Part shown: positions 52,611 to 60,515 of the stretch, one piece after another
Numbering within the stretch: the stretch's first letter is position 1
Layout of the letters: the number at the start of each line of letters is the position of its first letter
IMG/VR virus record: IMGVR_UViG_3300045988_135453
Length of the DNA: 64,000 nt
Reading direction: 5' to 3' (one strand)
Source of the DNA: a virus
Notes under the pieces: model-generated
What the model saw: the letters and a program-made list of their open reading frames with translations, nothing else
Database searches by the model: none
Told to the model about the DNA's origin: nothing
Position numbers and translations under genes: made by a program

Positions 52611-53708
52611 CTAATTTTTATAATTGTTCCTCACTACCCACACGCTCAGCCCTATGTTGAGCAAGAGCATGATGATAATGATGGCCCAATACTCCTTATT
52701 GCTCAGTTCTACCGAGAGATACTTGAAGTCGGAAAACTCCTTTCGTTTCCACTCCTTCTGCACAATCGGTTCGATGTACGAGGCGAAAGCGCAGAGGTCA
52801 AGTCGGTGCGACGTAAACCAGTCGCGGCTCTTCACGGCAAGCACGGGAGAGTCACACCAAGAGAAGGCATCGCTCCACATTACGCGGTTACGGCTGTCAA
52901 GACCTACGCACACCACAAGCTCGTTCTTGTTGCCTCCCTGCCAATAGGAGCGTTGTCGGTCGGCAATGGATAGCGACTTGTTGCGGTAGAAAAGCAGATA
53001 GAGGCGAAACTCCTTCTTCGGTCCGTATCGGGCATTGAGCACGCGGATGGCTCGTTCCTGACGGGCAGAGAACATTGCTCCGATGATAGGCGACTGGTCG
53101 CAAAACCGTATCTTGGGATAATCGTGCAAACCAAGTCGGCGAGCCTCCTTTTCGCTGATGTCCTCAAACTTAAACACCGAGCGCGAAGCCTTCACCTTGT
53201 TCTCATATTCATGTTCACGGGTAACGGAGTAGAGCGTAGCGGGTTGACCGTTCCATCGGTATTCATACGCATCGCCGTCACGGGTGTAATAGTGGCGGTG
53301 CATATCCACGAACTCCGAAGCCACCGACAAGCGACGCTTCATAGCCGAAAAGTCTTCATTGGAACACTTTCGCTCACGTCCCGAATGGTCGTAATAGGTC
53401 CAACGTTCGGGATGGTTTACAGTGACATAGTAGGTTTGGGTGTGGCTATGCCCCTTAGAGTCCCTATAGGTCTGCGTCCTTCTTTGAAGTTCATTCCACG
53501 GCTCATAATAGCGTATCTTCGTAACGTAGCTGCCCAGGTATTCTGTGTCGCTCGACTCTACGCGCTCAAACGCCCATATCATCGCTGCGCCCACAAGGAG
53601 CGAGGGGATGATAAGTATGGCATGTTCCCACCATACGGTTTGCTTGCGGAAGAACAGTAGCAACACAGCCGACACGAAGAAGGGGATGAGAAAAACGAGT
53701 AGTTCCAT
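52611..53708 (-). CDS. membrane protein (two N-terminal helices and one C-terminal helix)
   Basis: 365-aa ORF immediately downstream of the LemA-like gene. Confidence 0.65.
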   Translation of the reverse strand: MELLVFLIPFFVSAVLLLFFRKQTVWWEHAILIIPSLLVGAAMIWAFERVESSDTEYLGSYVTKIRYYEPWNELQRRTQTYRDSKGHSHTQTYYVTVNHPERWTYYDHSGRERKCSNEDFSAMKRRLSVASEFVDMHRHYYTRDGDAYEYRWNGQPATLYSVTREHEYENKVKASRSVFKFEDISEKEARRLGLHDYPKIRFCDQSPIIGAMFSARQERAIRVLNARYGPKKEFRLYLLFYRNKSLSIADRQRSYWQGGNKNELVVCVGLDSRNRVMWSDAFSWCDSPVLAVKSRDWFTSHRLDLCAFASYIEPIVQKEWKRKEFSDFKYLSVELSNKEYWAIIIIMLLLNIGLSVWVVRNNYKN

Positions 53709-53714
53709 ACACCT

Positions 53715-54266
53715 TTACTCTTTCTTGCCGAACAGATCCACGTCGTTGTCTTCGCCTACATCCATCACTTCCTTGGAGCGCGACGACGAAATAACCTTAT
53801 ACTCGATAGGCATGGTATTTGACACAAACCATCGGGCAGGGTAGGTGCGAGTAAGCGTTTCGTGTTCGCGGATAATGTCAAGCATACGTTCCTGAGAGGT
53901 CTGAAACTCGGTGCGCTGTATCTCAATGGCCTGCATGAGGTCGCGGTAGAGCGACACATCAAAGTTGGGGTTGCTCTCCTTTATCCACTTCATCATCGTG
54001 CCCTTGTCGTTCTGATAGCGTCCGGCAATAAGCTGCGGATAAATTTTCTCGAAGGTCTGCTTGTACTCGTCGGTGACCTGCGCCTTCTGCTGAATGATTT
54101 TCCACATCTTGTCGTGAACGCCCTCAATCTTGCCTCGTTGCGCTTCGGCTTGCTGGCGAAGCGCAATCTCACGGTTGTTATAACTAAAGTAGGTGGCTAC
54201 AAGTGAGCCGATAACGATGGCAACCACAAGTAGTATGGATGCCGTAATAATGTTTTTTGTTTTCAT
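53715..54266 (-). CDS. LemA-like membrane protein
   Basis: 183 aa. N-terminal helix followed by a helical domain with a LemA-like layout (SYNNREIALRQQAEAQRGKIE...). Confidence 0.45.
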   Translation of the reverse strand: MKTKNIITASILLVVAIVIGSLVATYFSYNNREIALRQQAEAQRGKIEGVHDKMWKIIQQKAQVTDEYKQTFEKIYPQLIAGRYQNDKGTMMKWIKESNPNFDVSLYRDLMQAIEIQRTEFQTSQERMLDIIREHETLTRTYPARWFVSNTMPIEYKVISSSRSKEVMDVGEDNDVDLFGKKE

Positions 54267-54285
54267 TTGCTTGTTGTATTTGTTA

Positions 54286-54906
54286 TTATATTCTTGTTTC
54301 TTTCAAGAGATATTTGTAAGAGCCCAGTCCGTCATCTTCGCCCTTCTCAATCTTCCAGTCGACCCCAGCCTTTTGCAAGCTTTGCACAAAGGCGTTGTAG
54401 TCTCTATCTGTGATATACGGAGAAATGCTCTCTTCTTCAAAGACAACGAGGTGAGGATTACAGTCGAAGTCGATGCGCAGGGGCTTGTTGCCAATAAAAT
54501 TGCGTAATTTAAATATACCGCGAGGGTCACTAACGTGCAGATTATACACACCACGTCCGCTTATCCAAAGGTAAGCATAGCAATAGAGCCTTTGTTCTTC
54601 GGCATCATATCGCTTTGCGCATACAATGGTGGTGTCAGAGCCATAGAGCGACGAGATTTCATAAAAACGACCGTCCTCGATGTGGTTGAGCATGTATTCG
54701 CGACGATCTTTCGGAGTGAGGAGCAAAGGCATGTCGTCAGAGTCGCTCTTCCGCTTCTCCTCGCTCTTTCGCTGACTTTTCTTTGCAAGACGTTCCTTGT
54801 GCATTATCCGCACACGCCAAACGACAAAGGCGAGGAAAAACGTCCAGCCGAAGATGGCAGCAAGAAAGAATGCCCATCCTAAAAAAGTAGATATAAATGT
54901 GTTCAT
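54286..54906 (-). CDS. membrane-anchored protein
   Basis: 206 aa with the internally repeated N-terminal hydrophobic segment LGWAFFLAAIFGWTFFLAFVVW. Confidence 0.6.
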   Translation of the reverse strand: MNTFISTFLGWAFFLAAIFGWTFFLAFVVWRVRIMHKERLAKKSQRKSEEKRKSDSDDMPLLLTPKDRREYMLNHIEDGRFYEISSLYGSDTTIVCAKRYDAEEQRLYCYAYLWISGRGVYNLHVSDPRGIFKLRNFIGNKPLRIDFDCNPHLVVFEEESISPYITDRDYNAFVQSLQKAGVDWKIEKGEDDGLGSYKYLLKETRI

Positions 54907-54934
54907 TGTTCTCTATAAATTCATTAATAAAAAG
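54907..54934 (-). promoter_or_regulatory. conserved leader TTATTAATGAATTTATAGAGAACA-ATG
   Basis: Variant of the leader motif also found at 61685, 62543 and 63769. Confidence 0.4.
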
Positions 54935-54945
54935 AAATGCGTACC

Positions 54946-55299
54946 TTACAGCCGTTTGAGCAGCGTGCTGCATTGATGGCCTAACGCCTTTTCTTCGTAA
55001 CCCAACCTTTCGTACCAATGCAACACCCATAGGGGAGAGTCGCGTCCGTCCCACGAAATAGCGACGGTCTGTACGCCGCAATACTTCAACTCTTTTTCTA
55101 CTGCCTCCATCAGATGTTTTGCTACCTCATGACCGCGGTGAGCTTCGTCAACCCACAGCGAGTAGATGAGAGCATCAGCTGCACCATCCAAAGGCTTGTC
55201 TTCGGTGCGGTGAGGAATAAACACCTGTATGCTACCATGATGCTGCTCGTTGGTGACGAGTATTCGGATTGAATCTTCCCAGTGTTGATGTTGTATCAT
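54946..55299 (-). CDS. GNAT-family acetyltransferase
   Basis: 117 aa. Acetyl-CoA motif A-like LWVDEAHRGHEVAKHLMEAV. Confidence 0.7.
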   Translation of the reverse strand: MIQHQHWEDSIRILVTNEQHHGSIQVFIPHRTEDKPLDGAADALIYSLWVDEAHRGHEVAKHLMEAVEKELKYCGVQTVAISWDGRDSPLWVLHWYERLGYEEKALGHQCSTLLKRL

Positions 55300-55387
55300 A
55301 GATGAAATGTTATGCAGTTTTGTTTAGTCAGACGACTGTGACCGTCCCTTTTTCTTCGTATGTTTGTGCAAAGGTAGATTATTCCTT

Positions 55388-55756
55388 TTACTCGATATGG
55401 ACATTCTCCTCGAAGTCGTATCTCACGTCTCGGTTTTGCAACAAAGCCACAGACGTTTTAGAGAAGATGTCTGCCTCACAGTCGGCAATGGCTTGCACGA
55501 ACGCCTCGTACATCTTCTGTTCGTCATGTTCTTCCTGAAAGTCCTGGTTCTTCCACTGCCATATCAGATTAGGGCGTTTGCCATCCTTCATGTTTCCTTT
55601 AACAATCAGCATGATACCTACGGAGTTTTCACCCTCGCGCACATCCGCACGAAGTATGCCGTAGCCAAGCGGTTTGCCAAAAGTGTAGCAACCGCTCTGA
55701 TTCTCAAGAAAGCGATAGCCGTAGTTTCGCAATGCCTTTATCACAAATTCTCTCAT
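55388..55756 (-). CDS. hypothetical protein
   Basis: Start moved to MREFVIKALRNYG inside the 55388..55831 ORF. Confidence 0.55.
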   Translation of the reverse strand: MREFVIKALRNYGYRFLENQSGCYTFGKPLGYGILRADVREGENSVGIMLIVKGNMKDGKRPNLIWQWKNQDFQEEHDEQKMYEAFVQAIADCEADIFSKTSVALLQNRDVRYDFEENVHIE

Positions 55757-55928
55757 GTTCAATATTTTTATAGTTCTATTAAAACTTTTATCTCTTGGTT
55801 GACTCCTCCGTGTGTGAGACAAGCAGGGCATAAGCCTCGAGCGGAATATACCCGACGCATACTCTCAAACATACGGTCGTAGGGTGGCGTCTGCATCAAG
55901 CCGACTACGAGGGTGCGTGCAGTGTCAG

Positions 55929-56378
55929 TCATCGTTTTACGGAACTAACCTTCACATCGTGAAGCACCTGTCGGCAGATTACGCCACATTCTTCAATTAC
56001 GCCCAGGCAATAGTCGCATTCCAGACAGGCTGTAGAACACACAGCAGGGGAGCCTTGTATGTAGCCGCAGGACGTTCCTTTTTCCAAATAGATTTTCTTG
56101 TCCTTCATAAAGGAATGAATTACATTTGCAAAGCCCTTCAGCTCCTTGTTTTCCTTTTCCAGCTTGTCGCAATGGCCGCGCATCTTCAGCATCTCGCCGA
56201 GCGTCTGCCTTGACGGGTCTTCGTCCTTGCACTTCTCTTTGCCGTTCAACTGGCGCACGACTTCGTTGTAGTCGTTCATGAGTTGATGCACGCGCTGCTC
56301 AAGCTCAATGTTCTCTGCCTTGAAGTCGGCGATGATGTAGGCCAATGCCTCCATGCGTTTGTTTTCTTCTGTTGTCAT
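55929..56378 (-). CDS. coiled-coil plus Cys-rich protein, paralogue A
   Basis: 149 aa. N-terminal half aligns with the 56481..56972 product (AENIELEQRVHQLMNDYNEVV vs AENVAMEQRIHRLVKDYNRVV). Confidence 0.65.
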   Translation of the reverse strand: MTTEENKRMEALAYIIADFKAENIELEQRVHQLMNDYNEVVRQLNGKEKCKDEDPSRQTLGEMLKMRGHCDKLEKENKELKGFANVIHSFMKDKKIYLEKGTSCGYIQGSPAVCSTACLECDYCLGVIEECGVICRQVLHDVKVSSVKR

Positions 56379-56420
56379 TGTCTCTATAATTTTTATTACA
56401 TATTATACAATAGCGACATC
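56379..56420 (-). promoter_or_regulatory. leader shared by paralogues A and B
   Basis: tgtctctataatttttattacatattatacaatagcgacatc, compared with the copy at 56973..57014. Confidence 0.45.
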
Positions 56421-56480
56421 AACATTATTGTCTTTCTGATTCCGTTTTTGCCCTTCCTTGCAAACTATCTTGCCTCTGTC

Positions 56481-56972
56481 TTACAGTCGGAGGCAGAAAT
56501 ATTCACAATTCCAACATGCGCAGCTATCCACTCTTACTGTTTCGGGATTTTCTTTGCAGAATGGGTCCCCCGTCTCCACCATGTCGTGAGGACATTCGGT
56601 GTTCTTGACGAGAGTGAACCCTTTTTCCTCAAGTAAGTCGATAAGGGTGCGGCGCTCTTGCTTTAAGTCTGCGTTCTCGCTTCGTAATTTGGCAAGCTCG
56701 TTTCTGAGATTGTCGGTCTCACGCCCTTGCGCTGTGTTAGCGTTGCAGACGTTGGTGTAGCCCTTAGACAATTCCTCGTGAGCAGCTTTCGCCTTTTCCA
56801 GTTCCGCCACCACATCCTCATGCTTGTATTCCAGCTTGCAGAGTTTTTTTACTACTCTGTTATAGTCTTTGACAAGACGATGTATTCTTTGTTCCATCGC
56901 TACGTTTTCGGCTACCAACTCTCCATAACGTCTTGCATAGGCATCACGATTTTTAAATTCCTGATGTTTCAT
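56481..56972 (-). CDS. coiled-coil plus Cys-rich protein, paralogue B
   Basis: 163-aa ORF, as described for paralogue A. Confidence 0.65.
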   Translation of the reverse strand: MKHQEFKNRDAYARRYGELVAENVAMEQRIHRLVKDYNRVVKKLCKLEYKHEDVVAELEKAKAAHEELSKGYTNVCNANTAQGRETDNLRNELAKLRSENADLKQERRTLIDLLEEKGFTLVKNTECPHDMVETGDPFCKENPETVRVDSCACWNCEYFCLRL

Positions 56973-57014
56973 TGTCTCTATTGTTTTTATTACATATTAT
57001 ACAACAGCGACATT
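56973..57014 (-). promoter_or_regulatory. leader shared by paralogues A and B, second copy
   Basis: tgtctctattgtttttattacatattatacaacagcgacatt. Confidence 0.45.
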
Positions 57015-57160
57015 AGTGCCACTGCCTTTTTCTTGTCGGAAAATCCTTTGATGTTTATCCATTTGCCGAATGGGAAGTGATCGACATATTTCTGAACCAT
57101 CCAAACGGTCACGGGTATGCAACCGTTGTAGGCTTCCATTGGAACAATTCTTAGCTTCAT
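56990..57160 (-). CDS. possible 56-aa protein
   Basis: Own translation: MKLRIVPMEAYNGCIPVTVWMVQKYVDHFPFGKWINIKGFSDKKKAVALMSLLYNM. The ATG lies 3 nt after the upstream stop. Confidence 0.3.
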   Translation of the reverse strand: MKLRIVPMEAYNGCIPVTVWMVQKYVDHFPFGKWINIKGFSDKKKAVALMSLLYNM

Positions 57161-57163
57161 ATC

Positions 57164-57349
57164 TTATTCAAATTCATATACAATATGCGGTGTGGTGTTG
57201 CCGAGTCCGTCACGAGGGTCGGCAAAACAGCCTGGTGGCGATGTTGTCACGGCATTGGCTATCCGTTTGCGCGGTCGGTACTTTACAAGGCCCTTGCCGT
57301 CCTTGCCGCTGCGTACAAAAACGATGTAATACTTGTCAATCATATTCAT
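57164..57349 (-). CDS. hypothetical small protein, distant paralogue of 60198..60515
   Basis: Start taken at MNMIDKYY. KDGKGLVKYRP and TTSPPGCFADP resemble KDGKLYGRYPD and TDCPCPGAADL. Confidence 0.45.
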   Translation of the reverse strand: MNMIDKYYIVFVRSGKDGKGLVKYRPRKRIANAVTTSPPGCFADPRDGLGNTTPHIVYEFE

Positions 57350-57406
57350 ACTCTTACAGTGGAATGAGGACATTTGCCACATTTCCCGATATTATCGTAT
57401 AGGCTA

Positions 57407-57413
57407 CCCCCCC
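57407..57413. repeat. C7 homopolymer (G7 on the coding strand)
   Basis: The 40-codon ORF 57404..57526 stops right after the tract. Confidence 0.9.
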
Positions 57414-57628
57414 ACATTGTTTATTACCAATTCGCTCACTCCTCGCTTGTCGGGCGTGTCGCGATAGAAGCGGATGGTGTCGTCATCGCGCCACCTCATT
57501 CTTATAAGGTCTTTACGGTTACTCATATTCTATCAATATTGCGGGTGCTTTGATGAGCGAGCTTGTACCTTGTATGATATTGCTTGCTCCGTCTTTGTAA
57601 TAATGCGTACAGATTGTAGTACATACTT

Positions 57629-57636
57629 GGGGGGGG
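57629..57636. repeat. G8 homopolymer
   Basis: Counted directly from the sequence. Confidence 0.9.
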
Positions 57637-57748
57637 TGAATTGATGATTTGCTATCTAATCATATTCTATCAATACCATAGTGTGCTGCCCGTGTTCGTC
57701 GTATAGTCCTGCCCATCCATCGTAGCGTGCGGACAATGCCGTGGAGTA

Positions 57749-57757
57749 CCCCCCCCC
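57749..57757. repeat. C9 homopolymer (G9 on the coding strand)
   Basis: Counted directly. The flanks resemble those of the 60259..60266 tract (TAC(n)GAC). Confidence 0.9.
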
Positions 57758-57927
57758 GACGTGGGCAGAGCTGCGATGTGCGTTGCACGAAAGGAATTTG
57801 GTTACACATAATCGGGATTGAAAAATATACCATTTACACCTTCAATATCGATGGTGTTTTTGTTACAGTCAAAATCAGCATCTGATAGTGCGTGATGTGC
57901 CATCGGATTCTGTGTTAAATGGGAGTA

Positions 57928-58119
57928 TCATAATTCTACTGCTACAAAGAATGCGTCGCCGCAATCGATGCTTGACATGATGGTTATTGCTATGCCGTGA
58001 AAAGCTCCGTTTAAGCGTCCTGTATTGAACATCGAGGCAGGGCAGGTGAGCAACCTACCACCCATAATCATATCAGCTATGATGCGGATTGTACGGTCGG
58101 GTGGGTTGTCAGTTCGCAT
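57928..58119 (-). CDS. hypothetical small protein
   Basis: Start moved to MRTDNPPDR. Overlaps the MTase stop by 11 nt. Confidence 0.4.
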   Translation of the reverse strand: MRTDNPPDRTIRIIADMIMGGRLLTCPASMFNTGRLNGAFHGIAITIMSSIDCGDAFFVAVEL

Positions 58120-59434
58120 CCTTTTGTCTCTCCAAGTTCCACTTATACATTTTATAGAAGCCACGCCAATATTCCACGTCCAGTTTCTTTGGGTTCTCCT
58201 TGAACTTTTCGTAGAGACGGGCGATGGCTGGGCGATGATAGCTCAGTTCTTTCTCGTTCCACTCAATGCCCTTGTCCCATCCGTCGTGACGCTCCATGAA
58301 TATCTGAAGCACGGTCTTGAGGAACATTGCCGCCTCGTGTGTCGGTGGCAGGTCGAATTGAAGGAATAAGGCATTGTCAGAGTCGTTTGCCTTGAGGAAC
58401 TTGCTCACGGCATCGTCCTTGAGGAAATAGCGGTCGGACACTTCCTCTTCGAGCACATCTTCCAGTCGGGTAAGCAGCTCGACGGGCTCGGGAAACTGAT
58501 AGTCGAAGGCTACGTCACGGCGCATGGAGAGGCAGAACACACGGTCGCGGTTTTGCGGCACACCGTAGTTCTTGGCGTTGAGTCGCGCCCAACGGCTCAC
58601 ATAGCCGAGCGACGAGAGTTTGTCGAGCCACTTCTGAAAGTCGGGCATGAACTTTTGGCTTACCAGTGCCGCCACGTTCTCCTGCAAGAGATACTTCGGG
58701 CGAAGCACCTCCACGGCATCCGCCACACGCCAAAGCAGTGCGCTTCGGGTGTCGCTGCCCTCCTGCAAACCCATCTGCTTGCCCGCCTGACTGATGTCCT
58801 GACAGGGCGAGGAATAGGTGAAGAGGTCCACTTCGCGGCCTTGGAGCGAGTCTTTCACCTCGTGCCAATCAATCTTGGTGATGTCGCCCAGGGCGCAGTC
58901 GGCAAACTGTGGGAAGACAAGGTTGTGCATCTGACAGGCATATTTGTCAATGTCGCTCCATCCCTTGCACGTCCATCTGAAGTCGGGATGCCACTGCTTC
59001 AGCACGTCGGCTGCCATGAGCTGCGAGTCGTAGCCGGAAAACGTGGTGAGGAATATCTTTTCCTCGTTCTTGTCGGCGGTGGGCGGCAGGGCGGACAACG
59101 TGTCTTCAAGGTCGTCGAAGAGCGAGAGTTGTTCGCCTGGGCGTGGCTTGGGGAGTGCAGGGTAGAAAAGCTGCTCGTAGATGTGGGCCAACACGTCCAC
59201 CACGATGCTGTTTCCGGCTTGCTTGTACTGCTGTGAGGCAGATATAGCCATGTCTTCGGGTTTACCCTTGCCCTTCCAGTCGGGCAGACGTTCGGCTGCT
59301 TGAGCATTGCTGCTCTGCATCGTGCCGATTACGTTGTCGCGAACGCCCATCAAGCGAAAACACTCCTTGGGTGTGAGCTTGCGGATGGCATAGCTCTTGA
59401 TGGTGCGGTCGGTGAAATTGAGTTTTGTGATCAT
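58109..59434 (-). CDS. DNA (cytosine-5) methyltransferase with circularly permuted motif order
   Basis: Motif order along the protein: IX (RKLTPKECFRLMG), X (YKQAGNSIVVDVL), I (FSGYDS), IV (SSPCQDIS), VI (QENV), VIII (QNRDRVF). Confidence 0.8.
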   Translation of the reverse strand: MITKLNFTDRTIKSYAIRKLTPKECFRLMGVRDNVIGTMQSSNAQAAERLPDWKGKGKPEDMAISASQQYKQAGNSIVVDVLAHIYEQLFYPALPKPRPGEQLSLFDDLEDTLSALPPTADKNEEKIFLTTFSGYDSQLMAADVLKQWHPDFRWTCKGWSDIDKYACQMHNLVFPQFADCALGDITKIDWHEVKDSLQGREVDLFTYSSPCQDISQAGKQMGLQEGSDTRSALLWRVADAVEVLRPKYLLQENVAALVSQKFMPDFQKWLDKLSSLGYVSRWARLNAKNYGVPQNRDRVFCLSMRRDVAFDYQFPEPVELLTRLEDVLEEEVSDRYFLKDDAVSKFLKANDSDNALFLQFDLPPTHEAAMFLKTVLQIFMERHDGWDKGIEWNEKELSYHRPAIARLYEKFKENPKKLDVEYWRGFYKMYKWNLERQKDAN

Positions 59435-59436
59435 TG

Positions 59437-59574
59437 TTATATATATTCTAAAATTGCTCTTTGTATGCGGTCGCTCATTGGGGTGGCAGGGATGGTGTAA
59501 ACACTACATCGGCAGAAAGAATAGGCTTCCTTGTCGCGGTCACCACAACGCTGAAAAATTATGATGTTAGTCAT
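59437..59574 (-). CDS. possible 45-aa protein
   Basis: Own translation: MTNIIIFQRCGDRDKEAYSFCRCSVYTIPATPMSDRIQRAILEYI. Its stop lies 2 nt before the MTase ATG. Confidence 0.3.
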   Translation of the reverse strand: MTNIIIFQRCGDRDKEAYSFCRCSVYTIPATPMSDRIQRAILEYI

Positions 59575-59586
59575 ATACCTTAACTA

Positions 59587-59883
59587 TTATTGGTGTTTGT
59601 CCTCCCCTAATCCCATTGCAGACGTAAGGGTAAAACATTCGCTGTGTAGTGAACGAGGGGTTATCAGACCCTTTGTTTGCATGTTCTGAAATATAGAGGT
59701 CTGCTCTACCTTCTTCACCATTATGGATATAGCTTTTGCTCTAAGCATACGTTATTCATATTCTTCAATCAGAAATACATTTTGCTGCCATGAGTTGATT
59801 GTCACGGTCGGGCAAACGTCAGTACCTAATCTACCTCCATCGTTATTGCCACGAGGATATTGGTAGAAGTCAAGATTAATCAT
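59587..59883 (-). pseudogene. possible decayed C5-MTase fragment (TRD-like plus degenerate motif IX) with an in-frame TAA
   Basis: Own translation: MINLDFYQYPRGNNDGGRLGTDVCPTVTINSWQQNVFLIEEYE*RMLRAKAISIMVKKVEQTSIFQNMQTKGLITPRSLHSECFTLTSAMGLGEDKHQ*. PTVT and ITP..EC..L..MG recall the PTLT and LTPREC.RLMG regions. Confidence 0.3.
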
Positions 59884-59884
59884 A

Positions 59885-60178
59885 TCAATCCTTTTCTACC
59901 TCCAGTTCCCAGTTCTTTCCATCATGGGAAGAATAGACGTTATAGGGACATTCGCAACAACTGATAGCCACACGCATTTCATTCAACATGTCTCTTGTAT
60001 AGAAACATCTCCTCATAAGATAAGCCAAAGCCTTAAACTGGTCTTGAGTAAGAAAAACCTCCTGCTCGCCGCAAGTGATACCTACATTGTCAGTAATGGT
60101 AGAATAGAAGAGCTTTACGTCTTCATCCTTTTCCTTTTCGTCGTTAAATACGGTTATCTTCGTTGTGTTGTAACTCAT
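59885..60178 (-). CDS. hypothetical protein
   Basis: 97-aa ORF from the ORF track. Confidence 0.6.
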   Translation of the reverse strand: MSYNTTKITVFNDEKEKDEDVKLFYSTITDNVGITCGEQEVFLTQDQFKALAYLMRRCFYTRDMLNEMRVAISCCECPYNVYSSHDGKNWELEVEKD

Positions 60179-60197
60179 ATTTCATTTCTCCTTTTAT

Positions 60198-60515
60198 TTA
60201 TAATTCAACAAACACGCAGATTCCGCCACTTGCAGCGGTCAGTGCGTTTACGAGCTTACCCCCCCCGACTGTGCGACTGCGCCTCAGAGCCGAGGACGGA
60301 TAACTTAGGTCGGCGGCTCCAGGGCAGGGACAGTCGGTGTAGCCCAGTTCGGTGGCTTGGCGTATGCGAAGGAACGTCTCGTCCGCTCGATCCACCAACT
60401 GAAGGAACGGTCGGTCGGTGGTGGAGTAGATGCGGTAGAGCGATCCGTCTGGATAGCGGCCATACAGCTTGCCGTCCTTGTGGATGGTGCCGCGCTTGTA
60501 GTGAGGGTCAGTCAT
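60198..60515 (-). CDS. hypothetical small protein carrying a G8 tract
   Basis: ATG start at MTDPHYKRG (the ORF track begins at an upstream TTG). The tract encodes GGG in RTVGGGKLV. Confidence 0.55.
   Translation of the reverse strand: MTDPHYKRGTIHKDGKLYGRYPDGSLYRIYSTTDRPFLQLVDRADETFLRIRQATELGYTDCPCPGAADLSYPSSALRRSRTVGGGKLVNALTAASGGICVFVEL
60259..60266. repeat. C8 homopolymer (G8 on the coding strand)
   Basis: Counted directly from the sequence. Confidence 0.9.

Noticed and set aside
58553-59236. 227-aa plus-strand ORF and 117-/102-aa minus-strand alternative frames inside the C5-MTase gene
   Set aside because: The 441-aa frame contains all C5-MTase motifs. The others are overlapping shadow frames.
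57652-59754. In-frame stops (TAG 57652..57654, TAA 57802..57804, TAA 59752..59754) considered as evidence for stop-codon reassignment
   Set aside because: All long genes, including the 1242-, 1118- and 930-aa ORFs, are uninterrupted under the standard code. The affected frames are tiny and lie in a region that looks decayed. Pseudogenisation is the simpler explanation.
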